From contig CBDBLV010000004.1 of NCBI GenBank assembly GCA_965207225.1, forward strand, positions 96,001 through 160,000: DNA of 64,000 nt, written 5' to 3'. Under the pieces are notes generated by a model. The model ran no database searches and was not told the DNA's origin. It saw only the letters and a program-made list of their open reading frames with translations. This DNA is from Dehalococcoidia bacterium (GTDB lineage Bacteria; Chloroflexota; Dehalococcoidia; Plut-88900). Below are positions 39,447 to 48,997 of this stretch, in pieces (the stretch's first letter is position 1; each line of letters starts with the position of its first letter). Position numbers and translations under genes: made by a program.

Positions 39447-40583
39447 CTACACGGTCACGAATAGGTTCGAGGTGTCGAAGCGGTCTGAGAGGAGTCGGGG
39501 GCCGTCTTTGGTGATGTGGACCATGTCCTGGAGGTGCCAATAGTCGACGTAGGGCTCTAATGCGAGCACCATGTTCTCGGCGATTTCGACATCCCAGCCC
39601 TTGATCAGGAAGGGCTCCTGCTGGTGCCACCAGGACCCGACGCTGTGCCCGACAAAGGACGCCGGGTTATGAGGAAATCCCTTAGCCAGCAGCATCTCCC
39701 TTCCATAGAAGTAGAGCTCGCTGACCTTAGTCCCTATGGTGCATTTCTCTATGAGTTTAAGGTAGATGTCCCGGTAGTCGGCGTAGGTGCGGGCCTGTTC
39801 GGAGGAGGGTTCTCCGACGACGGCCATGCGGGACTGGTGGCCCGGATAGCCATTGAGGTAGGAGACGTAGTCGGTGCGGATGATGTCACCGGCTTCTATG
39901 ATTAGGTCGCTTTCGCCCAGGTACATGGAGGCGTTACGGTGGGAGGTGAGGACGCCGTGGACGAAGTGACAGCCCCGTTCGATGTGGCTTCTTAGAAATC
40001 GGGCGTGTGCGTCACGTTCGCGGTCGCCGGGGCGGATGGTTGGGAAGACTTCGAGATGGGCATCGTCCTGGATGTCGGCGGATTCCTTGAGAAGAGCGAT
40101 CTCGGCGGGGGTCTTGATCCAGCGGACGGAATTCATCATGGAGGTGCAGTCGACGAACTGGGCGTCGGGGAGGAGGGACTGAATCTCGGCCCAGCGGGCG
40201 GCGTTGACGTAGGAGGCCTCCATGCCGATCTTCGCCTTGTCTATGCCCATGTCCTTGAGTACTGAGACGAGCTTTGTGCGGGGCGATTCGACGTAGTCCT
40301 GGACGACCTGCACGTTAGTAATCCATGAGTCCCGCTCAATTACGGGAACGCCGAGGGCGTTGCTTATGACGGCGGGTTCGCCATCCAGGGGCCAGATGCA
40401 GAAAACGTCACGGGGGGAGTCGGGGAGGTCCAGGTGCCGGGCGAGGGTGCCGGGGAAGGCTACACCTGAGAGATAGGAGAAATTCTTGCCGGACCGGGCC
40501 ACGACGGCGGCGAGACCCTCGGCGGCCATGTGCTCCTTGAGGCGTTCGATGTTGGCGAGGGGTTGTCGGGGTTGGTGCGGCAC
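39447..40583 (-). CDS. M24 family peptidase-like protein
   Basis: IKTPAEI, GDIIRTD, GHSVG, LALEP and HLQD. GTG start after AAGGAG. Confidence 0.85.
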   Translation of the reverse strand: MPHQPRQPLANIERLKEHMAAEGLAAVVARSGKNFSYLSGVAFPGTLARHLDLPDSPRDVFCIWPLDGEPAVISNALGVPVIERDSWITNVQVVQDYVESPRTKLVSVLKDMGIDKAKIGMEASYVNAARWAEIQSLLPDAQFVDCTSMMNSVRWIKTPAEIALLKESADIQDDAHLEVFPTIRPGDRERDAHARFLRSHIERGCHFVHGVLTSHRNASMYLGESDLIIEAGDIIRTDYVSYLNGYPGHQSRMAVVGEPSSEQARTYADYRDIYLKLIEKCTIGTKVSELYFYGREMLLAKGFPHNPASFVGHSVGSWWHQQEPFLIKGWDVEIAENMVLALEPYVDYWHLQDMVHITKDGPRLLSDRFDTSNLFVTV

Positions 40584-40611
40584 TTTGCGCTCCTTATGTC
40601 GAGTATAAAGG

Positions 40612-43600
40612 CTAGGAAGGGTCTGTTTCCACGGGGCTGAGGCCAAGGGCGCTCACCTGATCATTGAACCTGGCGACGCTGGTCTGGACGGTTTCCTCAA
40701 AGCGGGTGAGCTGCTGGTCGATGCGAGCAGAGATGTCACGGAAGACGGCCCGGGCCTGGTCTGTCGGAGGATAGTCGCCGGCGCCGACGACCTTGGTGAG
40801 CTCGGAGAGCTTCTTGTTGAGGCGGACGGGGTAGTGGAGGCGGTCCCGGGCGCCCTTGAATCGGGTCTGGACAAGCTCTTCCTCTATTGCGCCGAGGGAC
40901 TCCAGAATTTCGTCGGAGGTGAGGACTGCACTCTCGGCGCCCATGCCCGAGGCCCGCTCCCGCCACCGGGCAACCTGTTCGGTGATGCTGCGGAGCCTGA
41001 TGAGAGAGAGGTGGGTCTCGGAGACCTTGGCGTGGATTGCCATCATCATGTCGAACTGATCTACGAGATCCTGATCGGTGGCGGAGGAATTGGGGTCACG
41101 CACGATGGTGAACTGCTCTTCATGGATTACCCCGTCAACTTCAAGGCGCACTTTGTAGTCGCCGGGAGGGGCGAGGGGGCCGGAGGCGACGTCATCCTCG
41201 GTGGTCTTGTCACTGGGGAGACTCACTGCAGGAGGGTAATGCATATCCCAGACCAGGCGGTTTATTCCCTGATCGGCGGGGAGAGGGTTGTCCTCGGAGC
41301 CGATGGTGAAGGAGGCAGCGGCGCGGTTTTGGGAGTCGATGATACTGAGGGTGGCAGATTTAGGAGCATCCTGGAGGAAGTAGTCGAAGGCGACGCCCTC
41401 CTCGGGGTTTTGGCCGGCGTTGAGGAAGATGCGCCGGGGCTTCTGGCCCGGGCGGGGGGATTCGTAGTAGGTTGCTGGGGTCTCCAGGGCTATGCGGTAC
41501 TTCTTGCCGACTGCGCCCCCGACTCCGGCTGTGGCCTTGCCGCTGGTCTCCTTAGGGCCGGGCATCCTGAGGGTGTCCCTGGGATTGAAGAGATGGATTG
41601 CGCTCAATCCGTCCATGTCGACCAGCTGTCGAAGCAGATGGAGGTCGTCGAGGACCCAGAATCCGCGGCCGTGGGTGGCAATTGCCATCTCGTTGCCCTG
41701 GACAGTGAGGTCGTAGACGGGGACGTGGGGCAGGTTGGCGGCCAGGGGCTGCCAATGGGCGCCGTCGTCGGGTGAGAAGTAGATGGAGGTCTCCGTGCCG
41801 GAGTAGAGCAGGCTGGGATATTCGGGGTCCTGCTTGAGCACCCGGGTGAAGTCGTCCTCTGGGATGCCGTCAGTGATAGAGGTCCAGGTCTGGCCGTAGT
41901 CGGCGGTCTTGAAGAGGTAGGGACGGGTGTCATCGAGGCGGTAGCGGGTGGCGCAGAGGTAGGCGACGGCGGAGTCGTGGCGGGAGGGCTCGATGTTGCA
42001 GACGAGGGCCCAGTCGGGAAGCCCGTCGGGGGTGACGTTGGTCCAGGACTCGCCGCCGTTGCGGGAAACGTGAACCAGGCCGTCATCGGAGCCCGTCCAG
42101 AAGAGGCCCGGTCCTATGGGCGACTCGGCGAAAGCGAATATGGTGGCGTAGACCTCTGCGCCCGAGGTGTCCCTGGTTATAGGTCCGCCGGAGGGTTCCT
42201 GGGTCGATGGGTCGTTGCGGGTGAGGTCGGGGCTGAGGAGATGCCAACTCTGGCCCTGGTCCCGGGAGGAGAAGAGCCGGTTTCCGGCGACGTAGAGGGT
42301 GTCGGGATCGTGGGGGGAGAAGGAGATGGGGTAGGTCCACTGGAAGCGGTATTTCATCTCGCTGGCGCCGAGGCCGGTATAGAGCTCGGGCCAGACCGTG
42401 ACTATGCGGGTCTGGTCGGCGGCGTAGTCGTAGCGAAGGAGGTTGCCGCCCCCGCCTGGGGAGCTACCGATTGCCCCGGCAAAGACCACGTCGGGGTTGT
42501 TGGGGTGGACGGCGATGTGGCCGCTCTCGCCCGACCCAACTACGCGGCATTCCTCCCAGGTGATGGCGCCCTTGCGGTTGCGGGAAGGGACGCTGACGGA
42601 GGTGTTGTCCTGCTGGGTGCCATAGACGCGGTAGGGGGTCCGGTTGTCGGAGGTGATGTGGTAGAACTGGGGGGTCAACTGGTTGTAGATGGAAGACCAG
42701 GTCTCGCCACCATTGAAGGAGACGCATGCGCCACCGTCGTTGCCTTCGATCATGCGGAGGGGGTTTCGGGGGTCGATCCAGAGGTCGTGATTGTCATCGT
42801 GGGGGGTGGTGACTTCGAAGAAGTTGGCCCCGCCGTCGATGGACTTCCAGGTCTTGTAGTTGAGAATCCAAAGGGTGTCAGGGTCTTTGGTGTCTGCGAA
42901 GACATGCTGGTAGTACCAGGGTCGACCCTGGAGGTCCCGATTATCGCTGACCAGGGTCCAGGTGTCCCCGTAGTCGTCTGAGCGAAATAGGCCCGGGTCT
43001 TCGGATTCAATGGTGGCCCAAAGACGACCGGGCTTGGCAGGGGACACGGCTACCCCTATGCGACCCTTTATTCCCTCTGGCAAGCCTGGGTTGCCTGAAA
43101 TATCTTGCCAGGTCATCCCTCCGTCAGTAGAACGGTGGATGCCGCTGCCCGGGCCGCCGCTTGACAGGGCCCAGGGATAGCGCTGGACCTGCCAGAGGGC
43201 GGCGAACAATATGCGGGGGTTGTTGGGGTCCATTGAGAGGTCCGCGGCGCCGGTGGTGTCGTTTTTGTAGAGGATGTGGTCCCATGTTGAACCGCCGTCA
43301 GCGGAGCGATAGACGCCGCGCTCCGGGTTGGGGCCCCAGGCGTGGCCCAGGGCGGCGACGTATACGAGGTCGGGGTTGGTGGGGTGGATGCGGACGCGGG
43401 ATATGTGCCGGGTGTCCTTCAGGCCGATATTGGTCCACGAGCGTCCGGCGTCGGAGGAGAGGTAGACGCCATCGCCGTGGGAGACGTCGGTGCGGATGCA
43501 GGCTTCTCCCATGCCGGCATAGACGACGTTGGGGTCGGAATCGGCGACAGCAATTGCTCCGACGGCAGCGGTCTTGAAGAATCCGTCGGAAACGTTCTGC

Positions 43601-43767
43601 CAGTAGGCGCCCCCGTCGTCCGACTTCCAGACGCCTCCGGCACAGGCGCCGAAGTAGAAGGTCATGGAGTTGACGGGGTCTCCGGCGACGGCTACGACGC
43701 GCCCGCCCCGGGGCGGGCCTATGCACCGCCATTCGAGGGTGCATAAAAGGGACTGGTCAACGGGCAT
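40612..43767 (-). CDS. BNR/Asp-box repeat (VPS10/sortilin-like) glycosyl hydrolase-like protein
   Basis: WRCIGPPRGGR, many SxDxGxTW boxes and ATHGRG. 1051 aa, no signal peptide. Confidence 0.88.
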   Translation of the reverse strand: MPVDQSLLCTLEWRCIGPPRGGRVVAVAGDPVNSMTFYFGACAGGVWKSDDGGAYWQNVSDGFFKTAAVGAIAVADSDPNVVYAGMGEACIRTDVSHGDGVYLSSDAGRSWTNIGLKDTRHISRVRIHPTNPDLVYVAALGHAWGPNPERGVYRSADGGSTWDHILYKNDTTGAADLSMDPNNPRILFAALWQVQRYPWALSSGGPGSGIHRSTDGGMTWQDISGNPGLPEGIKGRIGVAVSPAKPGRLWATIESEDPGLFRSDDYGDTWTLVSDNRDLQGRPWYYQHVFADTKDPDTLWILNYKTWKSIDGGANFFEVTTPHDDNHDLWIDPRNPLRMIEGNDGGACVSFNGGETWSSIYNQLTPQFYHITSDNRTPYRVYGTQQDNTSVSVPSRNRKGAITWEECRVVGSGESGHIAVHPNNPDVVFAGAIGSSPGGGGNLLRYDYAADQTRIVTVWPELYTGLGASEMKYRFQWTYPISFSPHDPDTLYVAGNRLFSSRDQGQSWHLLSPDLTRNDPSTQEPSGGPITRDTSGAEVYATIFAFAESPIGPGLFWTGSDDGLVHVSRNGGESWTNVTPDGLPDWALVCNIEPSRHDSAVAYLCATRYRLDDTRPYLFKTADYGQTWTSITDGIPEDDFTRVLKQDPEYPSLLYSGTETSIYFSPDDGAHWQPLAANLPHVPVYDLTVQGNEMAIATHGRGFWVLDDLHLLRQLVDMDGLSAIHLFNPRDTLRMPGPKETSGKATAGVGGAVGKKYRIALETPATYYESPRPGQKPRRIFLNAGQNPEEGVAFDYFLQDAPKSATLSIIDSQNRAAASFTIGSEDNPLPADQGINRLVWDMHYPPAVSLPSDKTTEDDVASGPLAPPGDYKVRLEVDGVIHEEQFTIVRDPNSSATDQDLVDQFDMMMAIHAKVSETHLSLIRLRSITEQVARWRERASGMGAESAVLTSDEILESLGAIEEELVQTRFKGARDRLHYPVRLNKKLSELTKVVGAGDYPPTDQARAVFRDISARIDQQLTRFEETVQTSVARFNDQVSALGLSPVETDPS

Positions 43768-43817
43768 TCAGAGCCTCCGGTGTCGGAAGGTGTTGAAATG
43801 GGAACGGTTGCGGGATA

Positions 43818-44036
43818 TCAGGCCCGGGAGTCGGCGGTTTTGCTCCATCCGAAGAGACGGAGGGCAAAAGAGAGCACGGCGTCTATGACGAACCAGGTGG
43901 CGAAGAAGGCGGCGAGTTCAAGGGTGAAGCTGCCGAACTTGTAGAGAAGCTCGGCGATCAACCAGGAGCCGGCGAGGGCCGGGCCGTGGGCGGCGAGAAT
44001 AGAGCGAAGGGGCAGGGAGCGGATAAGCGTGTACAC
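43818..44036 (-). CDS. Small two-helix membrane protein (72 aa)
   Basis: GTG start after AAGGAGG. Hydrophobic core LIAELLYKFGSFTLELAAFFATWFVID. Confidence 0.7.
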   Translation of the reverse strand: MYTLIRSLPLRSILAAHGPALAGSWLIAELLYKFGSFTLELAAFFATWFVIDAVLSFALRLFGWSKTADSRA

Positions 44037-44112
44037 GGGCGTCCTCCTTGGGGGGCGGGCGCGAAGATGAGACGAGGATAGCACCGCTGATTTTGGGGGT
44101 CAATTTGGGGGG

Positions 44113-46452
44113 TCAGTCAGCGGTTACGGGTACTGCGGGTTCCTTTACGGCGATGTCCTCTCGGGGGCCAGCTTTCGACCAACCAGTGGAGAGGCCGATT
44201 ACGAACCAGCCAATGGCCAGAATGCCCAGGGCGAAGATCGTGTCGCCTATGGAGCGGAGCCAACGGATTGCTTCCAGCACGTCGTTTTGCAGGAACTCGG
44301 CGGAGCGGGCGTACCACATGCCGTGCTCGAAGCTGGCCCATGTCTGGGCAAGCCCAACCGGCAGCAAGCTGAGCAGCACCATCAGTGCGAGACCTATGTT
44401 CACGGCCCAGAATGCGAAGGAGAGAGACCGGGTATTCCACTGGGTGCGCACCGTGAGAATGCGAAGGCTGAGCAAGGTGAGTCCGAGACCCAGGTTCCCG
44501 TAAACCCCGAACAGGGCAGCATGGGCATGCACGGAGGTCGTGTTCAGCCCCTGCATGTAGTAGAGGGCAATGGGCGGGTTGATGAGGAAGCCGAACAACC
44601 CGGCCCCGACCAGGTTCCAGAAGGCTGATGCCACGAAGAAATAGACCGGCCACTTGTAGTGCTGGATCCAGGAGGTGCGCCTTGTCATGGACAGGTTATC
44701 GTAGGCTTCGTAGCCGATCATTACCAGGGGCATCAGCTCCAGGGCGCTCATGGTGCCGCCGATAACGAGAATGATGGGCGTCGTTCCCGTGAAGTAGAGG
44801 TGATGGAACATCCCCAGCACGCCGCCGGTCAGGTAGAGGATGGTGGTGAAGAAGATAGCCATGGTTGCGGACCTGACGTGGACGAGACCGAGCCGCACGA
44901 AGGTCAGCGCGATAACCGTGGTGGCGAACACTTCGAAGAAACCTTCGACCCAGAGGTGGACTACCCACCAGCGCCAATACTCTGCGATGGCGAGGTTGGT
45001 GTGCTGGCCTGGGATGAGGCCGGGGGCGTAGAAGAGGGCGATGGCGGCCACGGAGAGCATGAATATCAGGAGGAACTGCCTGCGCCTCGGGTCTTCCTTG
45101 GCCGACCGCCAGGCCCCAAATAGCGGCCTGAGCATGAGGGCCAGCCAGAGCAAGAGGCCAATGAAGAGTAACGCCTGCCACATCCGGCCCAGATCCAGGT
45201 ATTCATATCCCTGGTGCCCGACCCAGAAATTGATGTCGTTGCCGAGGAGCTGGTGGATGGCGAGAGCCTGGCCAATCATGGAACCCGCCACGACAACGAC
45301 GAGGGCCACGAGCAGGATGTTCACGCCGAGGGCCTGGAACCTCGGCTCCCGGCCTGCGACCAGGGGCGCAAGGCACAGGCCGGTAGCCAGCCAGGAGGTC
45401 GCAATCCAGAGCATCCCCAGCTGGATGTGCCAGGTACGGGCAAGGGAGTAAGGCACGATTTCGGCGATGGGTATGCCGTAGAGTGCGGTGCCCTCAACGC
45501 CGTAGTGGGCGATAACGATGCCGGCGATAATCTGGGAGACGGCTAATGCCCCGACCACCCAGAAGTACTTGCGGGATGCGTTCATGGACGGGGTTGGCGT
45601 TATGTCCAGCAGGGGGTCGGCGGGTAAACCCTCGCCCTCTGTTCGCCAGGAGTTACGTCGGGATGCGTAGAACCAACCAAGCGCACCGATCCCACCCAGC
45701 AGCAGCACGAAGCTAATCACGGAAACCACGATCATGACGGCCGTGGGGCCGTTGCCCACCAGGTCCTCTGGGGGCCAGTTGTGGGTATAGGTGATTTCGT
45801 GGTCCGGGCGCTCGGTGACGCAGGCCCAGGATGCCCAGAAGATGAACGCGGTGAAGTGCTCGCGACGTTCGAGGTCCGGGATCACGTCGTCGGGCATTGC
45901 GTAGCTTTCCCTGAGGTCGGCGAGAACAGGGTCGTCGCCGAAGAGGGCAAGGTAGTGGTCCTGCACGGCCTCGATAGCCCGTGCCCTGAGTGGTGAGATG
46001 GTTATGGTCTCGGTAGACGGAACGTAGGTGTTTGTGCGTAGCTCGTTGGCGAGCCTGGCCCGGAGGCCGGCGGCCTGCTCGTCGGGGAGGTCTTCGAAGG
46101 TTGACCCATACTCTCCGAGGGCCCAGTAGTCGGCGATCCATTCAGCTTCCCTGTGGAGCCAATCGGCGGTCCAGTCGGGGGCAGTGTAGGCCCCGTGGCC
46201 CCAGACCGAACCCAGTTCGTGTCCCCCGATGGAACGCCATACGTCCTGCCCGGCACGGATGTTGTCGCCGGTGAAGATGACCTCACCGTCGGTGGTGATG
46301 ATTTGCTCGGGGGTCGGTGGGGACTCCTGGTATATCTCGTTGCCGTAGTAGAGCAGGGCCCCGAAGGAGCCGAGCACTATGACGATGAGGCCGATCCAGA
46401 GGAGTCGGCGGCCACTAATGAAGGGTTTCGAAATGGCTGCTTCGGTGGTCAA
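44113..46452 (-). CDS. norB: Quinol-dependent nitric oxide reductase (qNor, NorZ type)
   Basis: GSVWGHGAY, APDWTADWLH, YTHNWP, RTWHIQ, VHLWVEGFFEVF, GMFHHLYF, SALE, INPP, HAHAALFGVYG and WLRSIGD. Confidence 0.96.
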   Translation of the reverse strand: MTTEAAISKPFISGRRLLWIGLIVIVLGSFGALLYYGNEIYQESPPTPEQIITTDGEVIFTGDNIRAGQDVWRSIGGHELGSVWGHGAYTAPDWTADWLHREAEWIADYWALGEYGSTFEDLPDEQAAGLRARLANELRTNTYVPSTETITISPLRARAIEAVQDHYLALFGDDPVLADLRESYAMPDDVIPDLERREHFTAFIFWASWACVTERPDHEITYTHNWPPEDLVGNGPTAVMIVVSVISFVLLLGGIGALGWFYASRRNSWRTEGEGLPADPLLDITPTPSMNASRKYFWVVGALAVSQIIAGIVIAHYGVEGTALYGIPIAEIVPYSLARTWHIQLGMLWIATSWLATGLCLAPLVAGREPRFQALGVNILLVALVVVVAGSMIGQALAIHQLLGNDINFWVGHQGYEYLDLGRMWQALLFIGLLLWLALMLRPLFGAWRSAKEDPRRRQFLLIFMLSVAAIALFYAPGLIPGQHTNLAIAEYWRWWVVHLWVEGFFEVFATTVIALTFVRLGLVHVRSATMAIFFTTILYLTGGVLGMFHHLYFTGTTPIILVIGGTMSALELMPLVMIGYEAYDNLSMTRRTSWIQHYKWPVYFFVASAFWNLVGAGLFGFLINPPIALYYMQGLNTTSVHAHAALFGVYGNLGLGLTLLSLRILTVRTQWNTRSLSFAFWAVNIGLALMVLLSLLPVGLAQTWASFEHGMWYARSAEFLQNDVLEAIRWLRSIGDTIFALGILAIGWFVIGLSTGWSKAGPREDIAVKEPAVPVTAD

Positions 46453-46480
46453 CTTGCACTTGTCTTGTTGAGGAGCCGGG

Positions 46481-47518
46481 CTAGCCCTGAAAACGGGGCA
46501 TTATCTCCTCTTTGATCGCTTTCATCTGGCCCAGCTTGTCCACAATAGTGAACATCACCGTGGAGATGTTGGCAACTCCTAACTCGCCCAGTTCCTGGAT
46601 TCTCTCGTTAATGTCGTCGGGTCTGCCGGTGAGGTGGAAGTAGTCGATGAGGGTGGCAGTGACATGCCTGGCCCAGGGAGCGTCCAGGCGTTCAACACCA
46701 TAAGGCTCGTAGGCACTGGCGACCTTCCTGGAGTCGGAGACGAGATCTTCGGCGAGGCCGGGGAATGAGCGATTCAGGCCCATGCGCAGATCGTTGGCCT
46801 CGGGGGTGTCCTGTTCGAGAAGCGTATGAAGGTGGCCGTAGGCGAGAGGATAAGGGGCGACCTCTTCCCGGACATCCTCCTTGTTGTCGGCGACATATAT
46901 CATGGTGCGGACCCAATACTCGACTTCCGCCGGGTCCCGACCGGCCTTGAGAGCGCCCTGCTTGACAAGGTCCATCTTCCACTTGACCCATTCGGGGTTG
47001 GTGCCGATGGATATCACGCCGTCGGCGATTTCGCCGGCGAGCCGGAGCATTCTCGGGCGTTCTGCGGCGATGTATATGGGTACCGGCTCCCGGACCCATT
47101 CAGAGTGAGCCTTAACGCCCTTGTATTCTCCTTCTTCGCCGGACATGAACCTGCGGATGAAGTTCACCGTTTCGCGCATCTCCTTGACGGGGGAAACGCG
47201 GCCGACCACGGTCTCGAAGGGGCCGCCGACTCCCAAACCGACGAAGGCTCGGCCCCCGGAGAGCTCGTTGATGCTGGCGGTGGCGTTGGCAATGGACATC
47301 GGGTGGAAGAGCACCGGGGTGGTCACGCCGTGACCTATGAGGATGCTCCTGGTGTTCAGCGCGGACATGGCCATCAAGGTATGGACGTCCCGACCGACAA
47401 AGGGCATGTCGATAAGGGTCAACTGTTTGAAGCCGCTCTCCTCCGCGACTCTGGCGTAGTCGCCAATTTCGTGTGCCGACTCAGTTCGGCCGAGTCCTAC
47501 GCTAAAGTCCAATTTCAT
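46481..47518 (-). CDS. LLM-class (Mer-like, possibly F420-dependent) oxidoreductase
   Basis: AEESGF, GVTTP, ELSGGRAFVGLGVG, PIYIAA and AGEIADG. Confidence 0.88.
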   Translation of the reverse strand: MKLDFSVGLGRTESAHEIGDYARVAEESGFKQLTLIDMPFVGRDVHTLMAMSALNTRSILIGHGVTTPVLFHPMSIANATASINELSGGRAFVGLGVGGPFETVVGRVSPVKEMRETVNFIRRFMSGEEGEYKGVKAHSEWVREPVPIYIAAERPRMLRLAGEIADGVISIGTNPEWVKWKMDLVKQGALKAGRDPAEVEYWVRTMIYVADNKEDVREEVAPYPLAYGHLHTLLEQDTPEANDLRMGLNRSFPGLAEDLVSDSRKVASAYEPYGVERLDAPWARHVTATLIDYFHLTGRPDDINERIQELGELGVANISTVMFTIVDKLGQMKAIKEEIMPRFQG

Positions 47519-47599
47519 CGGTGTCTCCGCTAATCAATGTTTATCTCGCGGACAGCGCACCCAGTTAAATCGTGACAAGCAGGGCGCTCTGGAGTGGCG

Positions 47600-47629
47600 A
47601 TTCTATAAGGCAAGTTGGCTAAGGGTCAA
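47600..47629 (-). promoter_or_regulatory. Sigma70-type promoter upstream of the LLM-qNor genes
   Basis: Minus strand TTGACC-18 bp-TAGAAT, about 80 bp before the ATG at 47518. Confidence 0.55.
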
Positions 47630-47664
47630 TCGAGTTCACTGAGTACAGGGAGGGGTTAGTCGGG

Positions 47665-48843
47665 CTAAGACAGGTTGAGGAGAGCGCCCGCGCCACCAGT
47701 TAGGACGACAACTAACCAGGGCGGCGCTTGCCAGAAGGCCAGTAGGGCAAAGGCAGCCGCGGCGAGGGCAAAGTCTTCCGGCTCGTTGATAGCACTGGTG
47801 AAGACGGGGTCGTAGAGGGCGGAAAGGAGGACGCCGACGACGGCGGCGTTTACACCCGTAACGGCGGCCCGGGCCCGAGCAAAGCCGCGGAGCCGGTCCC
47901 AGAAGGGCAACACTCCGAATACCAGCAGGAAGGCGGGCAGGAAAATGCTTCCTAAGCCCAACAAACCTCCGGCCCAGCCGGGAGACAGATTGCCGGTTGT
48001 AGTGCCGAGGTAGGCCGAGAAAGTGAACAGGGGCCCCGGGACTGCCTGGGCCGCGCCGTAACCGGCCAGGAAGTCGTCCTTCGAGACCAAGCCATTCGGG
48101 ACTACTTCCGCCTCTAGGAGGGGCAGTACGACGTGACCGCCACCAAAAACCAGGGAACCGGAACGGTAGAAGCTGTCGGCGAGGGCGAGGGGGTCGTTAT
48201 CAATGAGCTCGGTGAATACCGGCAAGGCTATCAAGAGAGCAAAGAACAGGAGAAGGGCCGCGCCACCAAAGGCAGCGCCACCGGCCTTCTCGGGGGTGGG
48301 ACTGGGGGTGGAGTCTGCCGGACGGAGGAAAACGAGACCCAAGACCGCGCCGCCGGCGATCACGGCAAGCTGGACAATCGCTGTACCGGTGAAAAGAAGC
48401 ACAACGGCAGCGAGGACGGCGATGGCAATTGTTGGTCTGTCTGGGGTTAAGGTCTTGCCCATGCCCCACAGGGCCAGGGCGACGACAGGCACGGCGACGA
48501 CCTTCAATCCGTGGAGCCATTCCGTTGCTTCACCACCGAGGGCGTCTACGCCATAGGCAAAGAGGATGAGGGCGACGGCGGAGGGTAAGGTGAATCCAAG
48601 CCACGCGGCAAGGGCTCCTGGGTATCCGGCCCGGCCTAGTCCTATGGCGATGCCTAGCTGGCTGCTGGCGGGGCCGGGGAGGAATTGACAGAGGCCCACA
48701 AGTTCGGCGAAGCGCTGTTCGGAGAGCCATTGGCGTCGGGTGACGTACTCGTCGCGGAAGTAGCCGATGTGCGCTATGGGCCCGCCGAAGGAGGTGAGGC
48801 CCAGTCGGAGGGCAACGAGGAGGACTTCTAAGGTGCGGGGCAC
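47665..48843 (-). CDS. chrA: Chromate efflux transporter ChrA (long chain)
   Basis: SFGGP, CQFLPGPASSQ, FGGGHVVLP and AQAVPGP. Confidence 0.95.
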   Translation of the reverse strand: MPRTLEVLLVALRLGLTSFGGPIAHIGYFRDEYVTRRQWLSEQRFAELVGLCQFLPGPASSQLGIAIGLGRAGYPGALAAWLGFTLPSAVALILFAYGVDALGGEATEWLHGLKVVAVPVVALALWGMGKTLTPDRPTIAIAVLAAVVLLFTGTAIVQLAVIAGGAVLGLVFLRPADSTPSPTPEKAGGAAFGGAALLLFFALLIALPVFTELIDNDPLALADSFYRSGSLVFGGGHVVLPLLEAEVVPNGLVSKDDFLAGYGAAQAVPGPLFTFSAYLGTTTGNLSPGWAGGLLGLGSIFLPAFLLVFGVLPFWDRLRGFARARAAVTGVNAAVVGVLLSALYDPVFTSAINEPEDFALAAAAFALLAFWQAPPWLVVVLTGGAGALLNLS

Positions 48844-48882
48844 GGGGCTAGGGGTCGCGGGTGTGGATTTGATAACGCACCC

Positions 48883-48920
48883 CCCGCTCGTACTTCGAGA
48901 GCCTCAGCACGAGCGACCCC
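48883..48920 (+). repeat. REP-like palindrome (CGCTC family)
   Basis: Identical to 6461-6498. Confidence 0.88.
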
Positions 48921-48997
48921 GCCCCTTCCAGTGCGGTTGATGTGGGTGCTCTAGTACTGGGTAAGGCGCCATATTAGATTTCGTTGGAAAGGAACAG

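Noticed and set aside
44113-46452. NO dismutase (Nod) instead of qNor
   Set aside because: The canonical HLWVEGFFE, HH and SALE residues and the quinol-site His (RTWH) and Asp (RSIGD) are all retained. The Nod-type substitutions are absent.
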